Shown one piece after another: positions 12,600 to 26,139 of a stretch of DNA of 64,000 nt. The stretch lies in the NCBI RefSeq assembly GCF_006345805.1, contig NC_043004.1, forward strand, positions 28,706,001 to 28,770,000, given 5' to 3'. Position numbers and translations under genes: made by a program. Every line of letters starts with the position of its first letter. The stretch's first letter is position 1. The notes below the pieces were generated by a model. It was not told where the DNA came from. It worked only from the letters and a program-made list of their open reading frames with translations, and did no database searches. The DNA comes from Octopus sinensis (taxonomy: Eukaryota).

Positions 12600-13200
12600 T
12601 AAATCAGAGGTAAAAATCACAACAAACGGAAATCGTCAATACATAACAAACAGGAAAAGGACGATAGCACAACAATGGCAAACAGGACAAAACAAGATAC
12701 ACGGATCATTCGCAGCCAATTGCTTCTTCAGTCGGAGTTTGGAATGTCCACGTAGTTTCGCCCAATCCTCTCCGATACTACTCGAAACAAGTTAGGCCAC
12801 GGGCTTAAGCTAAAGGCATTAAGCCCCTGAGCAAGACAAACGAAGGTACATATACAAACGCAAGGAAATAACAAATAGAGTTTTTCGACTATCGGACGAA
12901 CGTGACATAAGAAATAGAATCATACATATACAATGGACAAAAACCTTTCGGTTATACAACAAAAATAAAACAAAACAGAGTCTTTCCACTATCAGACAGT
13001 GTAGTAAGCTAGCACAAGGAAAAAGGAATTGGAAAAATCGTACTGACTGGGTGGCGAGACAGGAGAGAACAGATGCGACTGACCTCAAAGGCGGTCAGCC
13101 GAAAAAAGGACGACCATGCATAAGCCGAACAGCGATCACTTGGTAGAGGAGGGGAGGAGTTGAAGAAGGCAGAGAGACTAAGGAATATAAGAGAGGGGAG
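12600..13200 (-). mobile_element. PLE-like 3' terminal fragment
   Basis: Layout and GACTGAAGA..CGAATGAT motif shared with 54976-55860; degenerate. Confidence 0.5.
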
Positions 13201-14267
13201 AGAAATCAGAGGGACCAAATAATGAGAAGGAGGGATCACAGAATATGAGGGAGGGAGAGAGAGAGAGAGAGAGAGAGAGAAACGAGATACAAGGGAGGTG
13301 AGGAAGGAAAGCAAAAGCGACTGAGAGATAAGAAGAAGAGGGAAAAGGGATTAAGGAATACTAGAGAGGGAAAATGAAATCAGAGGGATAGAGAAACGAT
13401 GGGGAGAGAGAAGGAGAGAGAAAAGAGAGATAGAGGAGGAAGGACTGCGGGAGAAAATCGAGAACGAGAGGATGAAAGAGACAGAGAGGGAAAGGAAGAA
13501 ATATATATATATGTGTGTGTGTGTGTGTGCGTATGTATGTACGTACACATACGTATATATCTCTGTGTTAGCGTATATATGTATATGCGGCTGTCTGTAG
13601 ATATGTATATGTATGTGTATTGATATATATATATATATATATATATGTATATGTGTGTATATATGTTTATGTATGTATACATATACATGTATATATATGT
13701 GTGTGTGTGAGTATATGTGAGTGTGAAAATGCATGCGTGAACGTGTGCGTACGAGCATATTTTTATGTATAGATGTAAACACATATATACATGCATGTAT
13801 GTGTGCATGTATGCATGTTTGCAAGTTCATTAATATGTGTGTTTGTGTGTGTGAACATGTATGGACATATGCATGTATTTGTATGTGTGTATATATAGGA
13901 ATATTATATAAGTATAAATACATGCATTTATGTAAATGTATGTATGTGTATGTGTGTGGTATATTTAATAAATCATAAGGTATCAAATGTTTATATACGA
14001 TGAGGTTAATATTTTACTAAGAGAAATAATCTTTAGAACTAATATGTTTTATTTTTCAGATAAAGTTTTCGTTATATTATGCTGTAACTTGGGCTGCTTG
14101 GAATAGAAAAAATGAGAACACCGAAAAGACATTGTTGTTCTAATTTCGATTTCTATTCATTCTGTGAAATTAATTTTTTTTCTTTCCATTATACATAACA
14201 ATTTTTTTTCGTTTTATTTCTTATATATTTTAGCGTTCTTCATAGTAATTAACGATTTTAATGATTT

Positions 14268-14367
14268 NNNNNNNNNNNNNNNNNNNNNNNNNNNNNNNNN
14301 NNNNNNNNNNNNNNNNNNNNNNNNNNNNNNNNNNNNNNNNNNNNNNNNNNNNNNNNNNNNNNNNNNN
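14268..14367. other. Assembly gap (100 N)
   Basis: Direct. Confidence 1.
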
Positions 14368-14473
14368 CGTCTCGGCTATAACCCTGGTAATCTGTTAACA
14401 GCACTTACGTAGCGTGTCCAATCGTTTCCATCGCCTGTGAACTAAACACCCATACTTTTATATATATATATAA

Positions 14474-15066
14474 ATAGATAGATAAATAAAGAGAGAGAGA
14501 GATTGATAGAATGACAAAACTCCACATTTATGTATATATATATGCGTGTCTGTTTGTATATGTATGTATATATATATATATATGTATATATAAAACATAT
14601 ATATACATATATATACATACATACATATATATACATACTACATAATATATATACGTACATACATATATATATAACATATATATATATATGTGTGTGTGTA
14701 TATATAATATATATATGTATAATATATATATGTATATATGTTATATATGTATATATATATACATATATATACTATATATATAATATATATATATATATTA
14801 TATATATATTATATATATATATACACATATATATATACACACCATATATATATATATATATGTATATATTATATGTATGTACGTATATATATGTATGTAT
14901 GCATGTATATATATGTATGTATGTATATATATGTATATATATGTTTTATATATACATATATATATATATATACATACATATACAAACAGACACGCATATA
15001 TATATACATAAATGTGGAGTTTTGTCATTCTATCAATCTCTCTCTCTCTCTTTATTTATCTATCTA
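14474..15066. repeat. Inverted repeat, roughly 200-bp arms of microsatellite-rich sequence
   Basis: GATTGATAGAATGACAAAACTCCACATTTATG..GCGTGTCTGTTTG recurs reverse-complemented at about 14980-15040. Confidence 0.85.
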
Positions 15067-15154
15067 TCTACCTTTCTATCTATATACATATATGCGCGCG
15101 CACATGTGTGTGTGAGAGAGAGAGAGAGAAGGAGAAGGTGAGTATGTGAGAGAG

Positions 15155-15470
15155 ATTCCGGATTCAGCCCCACTATGTGAGACTTTGGGCAAGTGTATTC
15201 TACAGTAATTTCGGACCAACTAAAAGCCTTGTGAGTGGATTTCATAGGCGGAAACTGAAAGAAGGCCCGTTGTATATGTGTGTGCGTATGTCTTTTCGAT
15301 TGTATTTGTGATTCTATTTGCCCTCCAATCCATCGCTTCAAAACCGCTGATGGTGTGTTTACGTCCTCATCCCCTAGCGATTCGGCAAAATGACTATTAG
15401 AATACGTACCAGGTTTTTAAAAATTGAGTTGTTTAGGGTTCATACATTCGACTGAAACATAGCCGCGGTG
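15155..15470 (+). mobile_element. Old degenerate SINE family A
   Basis: CTTTGGGCAAGTG, GCCTTGTGAGTGGATTT, GGAAACTGAAAGAAGG, GATGGTGTGTTTACGTCC. Confidence 0.8.
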
Positions 15471-15496
15471 TAATTATTTAAACAAGTAAATATATA

Positions 15497-15527
<31 letters not shown>

Positions 15528-15648
15528 ATATATATATATGTATGCATGTAGGTATGTATGTATTGTATGTATGTATGTATGTATGTATGTCTGTATGTAC
15601 GTATGTATGTATGTATGATGGTACGTATTATATATAATATATTATATT

Positions 15649-15710
<62 letters not shown>

Positions 15711-15797
15711 GAGACTGAAAGAAAGAAGAGAAAGAAAGAAAGAAGAAAGAAAGAAAGAAGATGGATAGATAGATAGATAGATAGATAGATAGAGATC

Positions 15798-15832
<35 letters not shown>

Positions 15833-16179
15833 TTGTTTCTTTATTAGCCACATACATACATTTCTTTGTAAGATTTGAACTTGTAAATAATTGGAAACAC
15901 TTAAACTGCTAAGATTTATTTAAAGACTGTTGTGCGTATATTCTGATATATGGACTATAATAAATTCGGTGTTGATTAGTCGACTATACAGAAAGAATCG
16001 CTACTAATAATGTTAATATAACTGCACGCACGCGTACGAGCACACTCTCACACATGCATGCATACATACATACATACATGCATGCATACATACATGTTTC
16101 TTTGTGTTTATATATGTGTTTATATGTATGTGTGTATATGTGTATACATGTATGCATATATACAAATATGCATATATGC

Positions 16180-16210
<31 letters not shown>

Positions 16211-16353
16211 GGTGTGTGTGTTAATATAGAATATATATATAATATATATATATATATAATAGATATATATATATGTTATATACATATATATAGAAAATAA
16301 TAAATAATCTATATATATATAGACAGACAGATAGATGATAGATAGATAGCTAG

Positions 16354-16431
<78 letters not shown>

Positions 16432-16529
16432 TACATACGCATTTTTTTATAATCACTTTTAAATATACAGATATATGTATACACATATATTCGCCTGTGT
16501 GTGTCTGAGCGTTTAAATATATATATATA

Positions 16530-16715
16530 TTTTATCCTTCGAAACGTAGAGTAGATGAAACCATAGCGACTGAAGAAGGGTTTTTTCTTTGTGTTAATTG
16601 TCCTGTACTCTATTTTTTGTTGTTGTTTTAAAAAAATGTCCAGTTCCTTTGGTTGGTGTCTCTATGTTTCGTTTCTCATTGTGTTCGACGTCTTTTTGGT
16701 GTCCTGTACTCATAT
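16530..16715 (+). repeat. (TA)n-flanked PLE-like repeat with permuted HHR-like half-motifs
   Basis: CCTTC-GAAAC-GTA ... CTGAAGA-AGGG; stem I does not pair. Confidence 0.4.
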
Positions 16716-16816
16716 ATGCGTGTATATGTACATGTAGGGTAGGTACGTACATATATGTTTATATATATGCATATGTTGTTTCATTTATTAATATATATAT
16801 ATATTATATATATATA

Positions 16817-16850
<34 letters not shown>

Positions 16851-16909
16851 GAGAGAAGAGAGAGAGAGGAGAGAGGAGAGAGAGAGAGAGAATATATAAA
16901 AGGAATAAA

Positions 16910-17250
16910 CGATTCTCTTAAGAACTTCACTAGCTTACGGCTGTTTCTGCTATAGAATGCAGTGGACTCATAGTTGTGCGCTCGAGTAGCATTTATAAAT
17001 GTGATTCACTGCCGCACTTAAACTGCACTTCATATTCGAAGCTGTGATGAAGCTATAAGATGTAGCTGAAGCACTCATCTATGAGCCCACTGCATCTTCT
17101 AGCTCAAACAGTTGAATGCTAATGAAGCTCATGAGACAAGAGTCTATTCCTTTGTCGTCTTATTTTCTCATCACCGCTCTGTACTTGACTAAGACTTCGT
17201 TCTGAAGCATGCGTATATTGAATTCTGTATTTTGGTTATCAGTCTCGCAA
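16910..17250. repeat. Old foldback repeat containing a degenerate HHR
   Basis: 16921-16980 and 17070-17130 are diverged inverted copies; GCT-GTGATGA-AGCTATA on plus, GAAAC-AGCC-GTA-AGC on minus. Confidence 0.55.
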
Positions 17251-17279
17251 TGTCTTAATGAAATATATATATATATATA

Positions 17280-17478
17280 CTAAGCAATAAGGGTTTAGCA
17301 ACGAGTTGCCTTACACATACCGAATTTAGAAATAGCAGTCAAAGGGTTATAGCTATTTCTTCTACTAAAAAGGGAGATCTCCCTTTTTAGTAGAAGAAAT
17401 AGCTATATAACCCTTTGACTGCTATTTCTAATCGGTGTATGTGGTAAGGCAACTCGTTGCTAAACCCTTATTGCTTAG
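17280..17478. repeat. Loopless palindrome, roughly 100-bp arms
   Basis: Centre AAGGGAGA|TCTCCCTT; a few indels between arms. Confidence 0.95.
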
Positions 17479-17702
17479 ATTACTTAAATTTTCCTCGAAT
17501 GAGCTTTTACATGCCGAAGACTACTTGGTGTAATGATAATTTTTCCAAATTAATTAATTTCACCCTTCATTATTACGGATAACTATATATATTATATAAT
17601 AACGGGAAGGTTACGACGAAAATAAACAAAAGACGAAGGTAGGTGGGAGTACAAACAAACAAATGTATTAGTATGGCGGTCAGGAATAGAAATAGAACAA
17701 GT

Positions 17703-17738
17703 CTTTTACGTTTCGAGCCTACGCTCTTCGACAGAAAG
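17703..17738 (-). ncRNA. Minimal HHR with CUGUCGA (A6U) core in a PLE terminal repeat (about 17590-17805)
   Basis: CTTT-CTGTCGA-A-GAGC-GTAG-GCTC-GAAA-C-GTA-AAAG. Confidence 0.7.
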
Positions 17739-17849
17739 ATACACAGAAAAAAAAACAAGGAGAGAAAAAAATGCGTGCTGGAGCTAACGATCTATCATGG
17801 CGTTCTATACATATATATATATATATAGTTATATATATTTATAAATACA

Positions 17850-17888
<39 letters not shown>

Positions 17889-17924
17889 TATGTAGGTATG
17901 TATTATACATATATGTATATTCCT

Positions 17925-18238
17925 TTATTCGTTTTTGACTGCGACCATGCTGGAGCACCGCCTTGAATGGTTTTAGTGGAACAAATCGACGACAGGACTT
18001 ATTACGTTTTTAAAGCCTCGTGCTTATTTTAGCAGTGTCATTTGCCGAAACGCTGAGCTACGAGGACGTAAACACACCAGCACCAGTTGGCAAGCGGTGG
18101 GTGGAACAAATGGGGGAGTAGTGACACACACACCACACACACACACACACACATAGGTACATACATATAATAAGGTGTGTATATATATATATATATATAT
18201 ATATGGATATATATGTATATATATACATATATATATAC

Positions 18239-18274
<36 letters not shown>

Positions 18275-18314
18275 ATAATATACATATATATGCATATATT
18301 TAATATAATATATG

Positions 18315-18349
<35 letters not shown>

Positions 18350-18350
18350 T

Positions 18351-18397
<47 letters not shown>

Positions 18398-18515
18398 TAT
18401 TATATATACCCACACACATAGACACGATAGCTTCGTCAGTAGTAGCAGGCATTTGACAAAGGTGCCACGCAGTGGAACTGAACCCGGAAGCAAGCTTCTT
18501 ACCACACAGCCACGC
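17925..18515 (-). mobile_element. SINE family A with expanded internal microsatellite
   Basis: Head at about 18440-18515, tail at about 17925-18100. Confidence 0.85.
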
Positions 18516-18524
18516 CTATATATA

Positions 18525-18581
<57 letters not shown>

Positions 18582-18634
18582 ATATATATATATATAGAGA
18601 GAGAGAGACAGAGAGAGACACACACACACAGACG

Positions 18635-18736
<102 letters not shown>

Positions 18737-18823
18737 AATAGATAGATAGAATGTATGTACGTATGCACGTTTGTGTATATATAACTGTAGTCATACATAT
18801 ATATATATATATATATATACATA

Positions 18824-20012
18824 CAGGGTACGATGGGTAAATTATCACTAGTTTATATTTCTAATTTTGCGCATGCACATTTTTGGGGTTTTGATTTTGT
18901 CGACTACGTAGAATAGTAGGGTCAGTTGGGCACTGTCTGTAAGAAAAACCGCATCATGACGCCATTCACTCTGTCAGAAATTTGAAACGACATGCTGTAC
19001 TGCTTGGCCTCCGCACCGAAAGCTCCACTACGAATATCTCAGAGTTTTTGGGTGAATTTAAGGACAGTGTAGAGAATTAGAAAAGAGTTGGATGAGTTAA
19101 TGAGGATTATGAAGGTACGGCAGCTCGGAAAACTCACTTTGATTGTTCTAAGAAAAGAACTGTTGAATTTGTTAGTGAGATCCAGGCCATGATTGACAAC
19201 GATCCCTCCAAGTTAATCAGGTCCATCACCAGGCAGGTAGTGTATGAAGACATTCAGTATTCCTCATACAAGATAAGAAAGGACCAATTTTTATCCCAAG
19301 CCATCAAGGACAAAAGGAAAGATCGCATTACGATGCTTTTGAACAAACTCAAGCACCCACTCCAACCGAATGTGCTTTGCTTTTTCTCAGACGAGAACAA
19401 CCGTTGGACAGACAGAACAACCGTTGGCTTGCCATGTCCCCAAAAATCAAAACATCCAGTCAACATTATGTTGTTTGGAGTGATCACTAGTGATGGTGAC
19501 GTTATGCCTCTAGTCATCTTCCTACAAGGATTCAGACGCAACACGGAAGCCTACATCAAGTGCCAAGAGGGTGGCTGCTGGAAGACCCTATGTCTGGCAA
19601 CAGGACTCTGCACCATGCCACACAAGCAGAAGAACCCAGTCATGGCTGTCAGACAATTTCTGCGACCACATCATCCCTAACATCTGGCCACATAACTCCC
19701 CAGACTGCAACCACATTTGATTATTATGTGTGGGGTGCAGTTGTGTCAGAGACCATCAAAACTTCTTTGTAACACCAAAGATGAACTGAAAGCAAGGATT
19801 ATGGTAACATTCACCAACTTAAACAAGGAGACCATCCAGAGGAAGTTGCAGGAGATTCCGAGTCGCCTAGAGACCGGTGTTGAAGCCATTGGCGATTTTA
19901 TTGAATGAATTTACTCTTTAGGATTTCAAGATATTTTTATGTAATTTTGGTAAATATATCTGCTAAAATGAGAAATTTTGCATAATTTAGACAATTTATT
20001 CACCGCACCCTA
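18824..20012 (+). mobile_element. Near full-length DD37D (maT) transposon, pseudogenised
   Basis: Imperfect TIRs CAGGGTACGATGGGTAAATTATC / GACAATTTATTCACCGCACCCT(A), TA flanks; FFSDE, WQQDSAPCHTSRRTQSW..SPDCN.FDYYVWG with 37 residues between D2 and D3 after correcting one frameshift. Confidence 0.92.
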
Positions 20013-20300
20013 TATAGATGTATATATATATATATTGTATGTATGTATGTATCTGTCTATCTGTGTGTGTGTGTATGTGTGTCTTAATATTGATATGAAA
20101 GCTCTGAGTAACGTGTGTATATACGTGTGATTTTGCTTAGGTGGGCATATAAACTTTGTGTGTGTGTGAGTGGATGCGTGTGATGTATGTATATATATAT
20201 ATCTATATATACATACACACATACATATATATATATACATATATATATAATATATGTGTGTGTGTATGTTGTAGTATGTATATGTATATATATATAATAT

Positions 20301-20334
<34 letters not shown>

Positions 20335-20599
20335 ATGTATGTATATGTATATATACTTATATATATACATATACATATATATAATATATATATGTGTGTG
20401 TGTGTGTGTTGTGTGTGTGTGTGTGTGTGTGTATGTATATATATATTTGCTTTTTTATCCTCTATGTACTTGTTCAATATATATATATATATATGCAGTT
20501 GGAAGCCTGATTCGGAGAAGAAGAAATCTTAAATCGGAGAGTGTGAGAGCGAGAAGGAAGTGAGGTGAGATATTGAGACTGACAGACAGAATGGTAAAG

Positions 20600-20643
<44 letters not shown>

Positions 20644-21690
20644 AAGTTGCGCATAAGAAAGTATGCGTGTGGCATTTATCTTAATTACAACTAAGACCTG
20701 ATGGTAGAGAGGAGGCAATGTGATGGAGGCAAGAGAGGTATATCAGAAGTGAGAAAAAGACACGAAAAAATAAACAGCAGATGGAAAAGAATGCAACGGT
20801 CATATGGTGGTGGTGGTGGGGGGTAATGTTGTAAGTGTTCTCAGTGGTGGCGGTGACTGCGGGGGGAGGGTGATTCGGATGATGGGAGTAGTAGAAGTGA
20901 TAGGGTAATAAAACGGTGACGTTAGCGAATTGGGTGAACGAGGAGAGGAGTTTCTTTGTTTTTGAAGATTTTCTTCCACAGATGATGTATGTGTGTGTGT
21001 GTTGTGTATCAAGTGTGTGTTAATGATTTCGTATTTATGTGTATATTTAGTTGTAAATTTACTATTTCGCACGTAAATAATATATACGTGTTGTGAGTGT
21101 ATATGTATATTCGTGTTATATATATATGTACACCTATCTATATGTGTGTGCGTGTATGTATAAGTATGTGTGTGTGTGTGTGTGTGATATGCGTTCGTGT
21201 ATGTATGTAAAACATCATTGTTACGTGTTTTAATATTCATTATTTTTTCCTGCACATAAAACTGGTATATTTTCTTGTCTGTCATCTTAGTATTTTTTAA
21301 CAGCCTAATTCTCTCTCTCTCTTTCTTTCTTTCTCTCTCTCTCCTTCACTCTCTCTCTTACCCCATCTATTTCTTCCTCTCTCTCTCTCTCCCCATTTTA
21401 TGAATATTCATATATTTGCTTTCACCCAGCAGATACCTTATGAATATTCATTGACTACCTATCTATGCTACTAGTCTTCCAATATATGTGTATGTGTGTG
21501 TATGTGTGTGTGTGTGCGTGTGTGTGTGTGCGTGTATGTGTGTACATGTGTATAATATATCTGTATATTATATGTATGTATGCATATATGTATATATTTA
21601 TATATATATATATCTGTATTATATATGTATATATATATATAGTATATATATATATGTATATATATATATGTATATATATATGTATATATG

Positions 21691-21725
<35 letters not shown>

Positions 21726-21765
21726 ATATATATGTATATAATATATATATATATATATATAATAT

Positions 21766-21797
<32 letters not shown>

Positions 21798-23177
21798 TAT
21801 ATATATATATACATATATATATATACATATATATATATACAGTACACACACACACACCCACACCACGTACCTACATATATATATACACGTATATATATAT
21901 GGATGTGTATGCATATGTATGTACGTATATATATTTGCATGTATGTATGTATGCATAGGTTATGGAACAGTGGATACAAGCGCCCCTCCCCTTTTTTTGT
22001 AATGAAATCGCGTTGAACATCCTCCTGAAAAACTGGGTTCGCACACCCTAACTACATTTCGCTCCACCGCTTATGTATGTGTGTATGTATGTATGTATGT
22101 ATGTATGTATGTATGTGAGTAGGTATACATTCATGCATACACACGTGCGTGTGAGTGTGTTTGTATGTGAATGCGCACACACGCGCACTCGTTTTTGTAT
22201 GTTAGTCTGCGAGATTTGTGTCACATGCACTCACACATAACATACATACACACACCTACAGAATCGCATACACTTAGATACATTCCCATTAATGCATATC
22301 CACTCACATACACAGTGATGCACCTACGCTCACATATTCATACACAGTAGATGGATCTTTGTGCGCATGACAACAAATGGCGCCATTATGACATATTTGT
22401 GGGAGGAAGCTAATGATAATGTAAACGTTGTACTGTATGGATATTGCATGTAACCTCATTTATATTGCAGACTTTTCTTCGCCGAAGGGTCATTTTTTTG
22501 AGTTCGCATTGCACAATTTTCAAGAGATTATTTCATTTAAGGTTAGCATAAATTTCTCCAATAGATTTTCACTTCTGTTAAAAGTATGCGTTGTTCGGCA
22601 AAGCACTGCCTACTCACTGTCTACGTGTATAACTACGCTTTCGTGAATGTGTGTGTGAGAGAGAAAGAAAGAGAGAGATTGAGAGACAGAGAGGTGAGTG
22701 ATAGACAGACAGGTTGATAGAGAGAATGTGTGACTGTATGTGCGCTCACGCGCGGTAGTTTGTGTGAACTCTTTTTCGAAATCTAAAAATCTCCTGTGCA
22801 TACCAAGTCCAGCCATTTGACTAGCGATGAAAAGGAGTTAATGGTGACAGTAGTAGTTGTTTAGGGTAGTAGTGGATGGAGTTAGGGATGTTCTTTGTTG
22901 TTGTTGGTGGTGGTGGTGGTGGTGGTTGGTGGTGGTGCTGGAGCTGACGTTGATTGTGATGATGGTAAAGTGGGAGAATAATGCTTTTGATGATAGTGGC
23001 GACTGATTATGCTGCTGATGCTGAATATAATGGTGGTGGTGGTGGTGGTGGCGATCGTCAGGATGGTGGTGGTGCTGGTGGAGGTTGTGACAGAAGTGAA
23101 CTCGTCGATGGTATTACTTTTGACATTGCTCGTCTGTGTAGCAGCTTCTACTGGCAAATAAGCTTATCTGCCTATGC

Positions 23178-23218
<41 letters not shown>

Positions 23219-23875
23219 TGCACAGGCGTGTGTGTGTGTGTGTACGTTTGTGTGTGTGTGTGCGAGCGCGCGTGCTGTCTCTGTGTGCATGCGTGTGTGT
23301 CGTGTCGTGTCTGTCTGTGTGTCTATCTATCTATCTGTGTGCAAGCGCACGTATATATTAAATAGAAGCAAAGGTGACGGATGCTATATAATTCACGCTG
23401 AATTCAATCCCTCGAATATCATCAAACTGTGGTTTCGGTTCTATATCTTGAACCATAATTTCACCTACTGAATTCTTTAAAAGCTGATGACACATTGTCA
23501 CAAAACATAAAATTTAGCGTTCACTAAACTCGAAAACACAGATATACACGGACTGGGTTTTAGATTTAAATTTAAAGCATAAGTGTTTTGGGTTATTAAA
23601 AGAACAAGGACAATATTTTAATCAATTCACTCGCAATGCTTAATAGCAATAGCAATGCATCGTATCTATATCTTAATGCACACACACTCACTCCACAGAT
23701 ATTATTACATTTAACTCCCAGTCAGCCTCAGCCGTGGAGAGCAATTTGGATAATTTATTCAGGTCGTTCTGAACGACATAATTCACTTGGTTACACGTAA
23801 GAATAATTTGCGAATTTGTATTTGTCCGACGTAGCAGCGGCTTACGTACAGCGTATGTAGTAGGAGTCGGCTAGA

Positions 23876-23918
<43 letters not shown>

Positions 23919-23981
23919 TGTATATACTCATATATACATCTATGTATTTTTGTTCGTAGATATATAATGTATGTGTATGTA

Positions 23982-24013
<32 letters not shown>

Positions 24014-24150
24014 ACACACGTACGTGTGTGTGTGTGCTTGTGTGTGTGTGTGTGTGTGAGTGTCTTGAGAGAGAGAAATACATATATACACGTATATTTA
24101 GCGACATTTTTAAATATGGCGGATGTAGTAGTAATTGCAGCAAGAGCAAC

Positions 24151-24181
<31 letters not shown>

Positions 24182-24220
24182 TGCATGTATGTATGAGTGT
24201 GTGTATACAGGCAAACACTC

Positions 24221-24263
<43 letters not shown>

Positions 24264-24280
24264 CACACAGATAGATATTC

Positions 24281-24323
<43 letters not shown>

Positions 24324-24328
24324 CACAC

Positions 24329-24360
<32 letters not shown>

Positions 24361-24390
24361 GCATATATATATATACATATATATATATTA

Positions 24391-24480
<90 letters not shown>

Positions 24481-24490
24481 TAATTATATG

Positions 24491-24522
<32 letters not shown>

Positions 24523-24571
24523 TATAATATATATATATATACACACATCACGATTTGATTAACCCTACGTA

Positions 24572-24957
24572 CTCAGCGAAACTTCAAAGTCGGAGGTCAG
24601 CTTCACCTTTTCATCCCTCTGGGATGAAAATAGATTGCCACTGAAATAATAGGGTCAATGGTAATAACTAATCCCTTCCGCTCAAAATTGCTGGCCTTCA
24701 GCCGAGGTATTGTTATCGTTATATAAGGCGGCGAACTGGCAGAATCGTCAGCACACCGAACGAAATGCTGAGCAGCATTTCGTCCGTCTTTGTGCTCTGA
24801 GTTCAAATTCCGTCTAGGTCGACTTTGCTTTTCATCCTTTCGGGCTCGATAAAATAAGTCGAAGTCAAGCACTGGGGTTGATGTGATCGGCTTGCACCCT
24901 CCTTGAAAATTTCTGGCCTTGTGCCTATAGTAGAAATTATTATTATTATTATTATTA

Positions 24958-24989
<32 letters not shown>

Positions 24990-25080
24990 TATTATTATTA
25001 TCATTATCATTCTTAGATTTTAACGTCGGTGCATCAGCATGGCCGCAGCTCTGAGCTGAAACTAAAAAAGAAAAAAAGAT

Positions 25081-25128
<48 letters not shown>

Positions 25129-25740
25129 GAAGGCTGCGAGTTGGCAGAATCGTTAACACGCAGGACAAAAATGCTTAGCGGTATATCGCACGTCGCTACG
25201 TTCTGAGTTCAAATTTCACCGAGGTCGACGTTGCCTTCCATCCTTTCGTGGTCGATAAATTAAGTACTACCAGTTGAGTTCTGGGATCGATGTAACTGAC
25301 TAGTCCAACGCTGCCAAATTTCAGGCCTTCTGCCTATAGTAGAAAGGACTATTGTTATTATTATTATTAGTGTATGTCCTGGTGAAGTACCAGCCGTAGC
25401 TTTTCATCTCAGCTGATTGGAAGTGTTATCATGTGTAATGTTTTTGTCTTAATATAAAAGGTGGGCTACAGCAAATATTTTGCTAATTACTACAGATTTG
25501 CTTGTCAGTTGCTTGACCTTAACCAGTTAAACATTATTGTCAAAATCTTTAGAACGCTGGACGAAATGCTTAGCGGTATTTCGACCGTAGCTACATACTG
25601 AGTTCCATTTCCGCGGAGGCCGACTTTATCTTTCATCCTTTCGGGGTCGATAAATTAACTACCAGTAAAACACTGGGTCGATATAATCGACTAGTCCATT
25701 CCCCACAAATTTCAGGCCTTGTGCCTTTAAAAGAAGGGAT
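24572..25740 (+). mobile_element. Four plus-strand SINE family B copies (about 24572-24715, 24725-24930, 25130-25350, 25550-25740)
   Basis: AAGGCGGCGAGCTGGCAGAA head, GAGTTCAAATTCC B-box, GGTCGACTTTGCCTTTCATCCTTTCGGGGTCGATAAA core, (ATT)n tails. Confidence 0.9.
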
Positions 25741-25762
25741 TATCATTGTTATTATCATTATT

Positions 25763-25817
<55 letters not shown>

Positions 25818-25819
25818 GT

Positions 25820-26027
25820 AATACTCAACCTGAAGAAAATTCTAACTGGGCCCCACCTGCAAGGTCATGTGCTGTTTATCTTGATATGAGATCACCATGT
25901 CACGCACATATGGTTGTGATGCATGTGCCTGGTGTACCCTTATCAGACGGGTAGTCATGATGGGTATATTGGGCTTCGTATATTTTACCCCAGTGTCACT
26001 TTGATGACATAAACTGCTCTCTCACTC

Positions 26028-26076
<49 letters not shown>

Positions 26077-26083
26077 TAACAAC

Positions 26084-26135
<52 letters not shown>
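25820..26135 (+). repeat. Probable LINE 3'-end fragment with long (AAT)n tail
   Basis: Non-microsatellite segment of about 200 bp ending CTCTCTCACTCAATAATAAT...; family assignment is inference. Confidence 0.45.
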
Positions 26136-26137
<2 letters not shown>

Positions 26138-26139
26138 TT

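Noticed and set aside
14164-14412. ORF spanning the N run
   Set aside because: Artefact of the assembly gap
23503-23530. CTGATGA-CACATTGTC-ACAAAAC as an HHR
   Set aside because: No GAAA core and no stems I or III; probably chance
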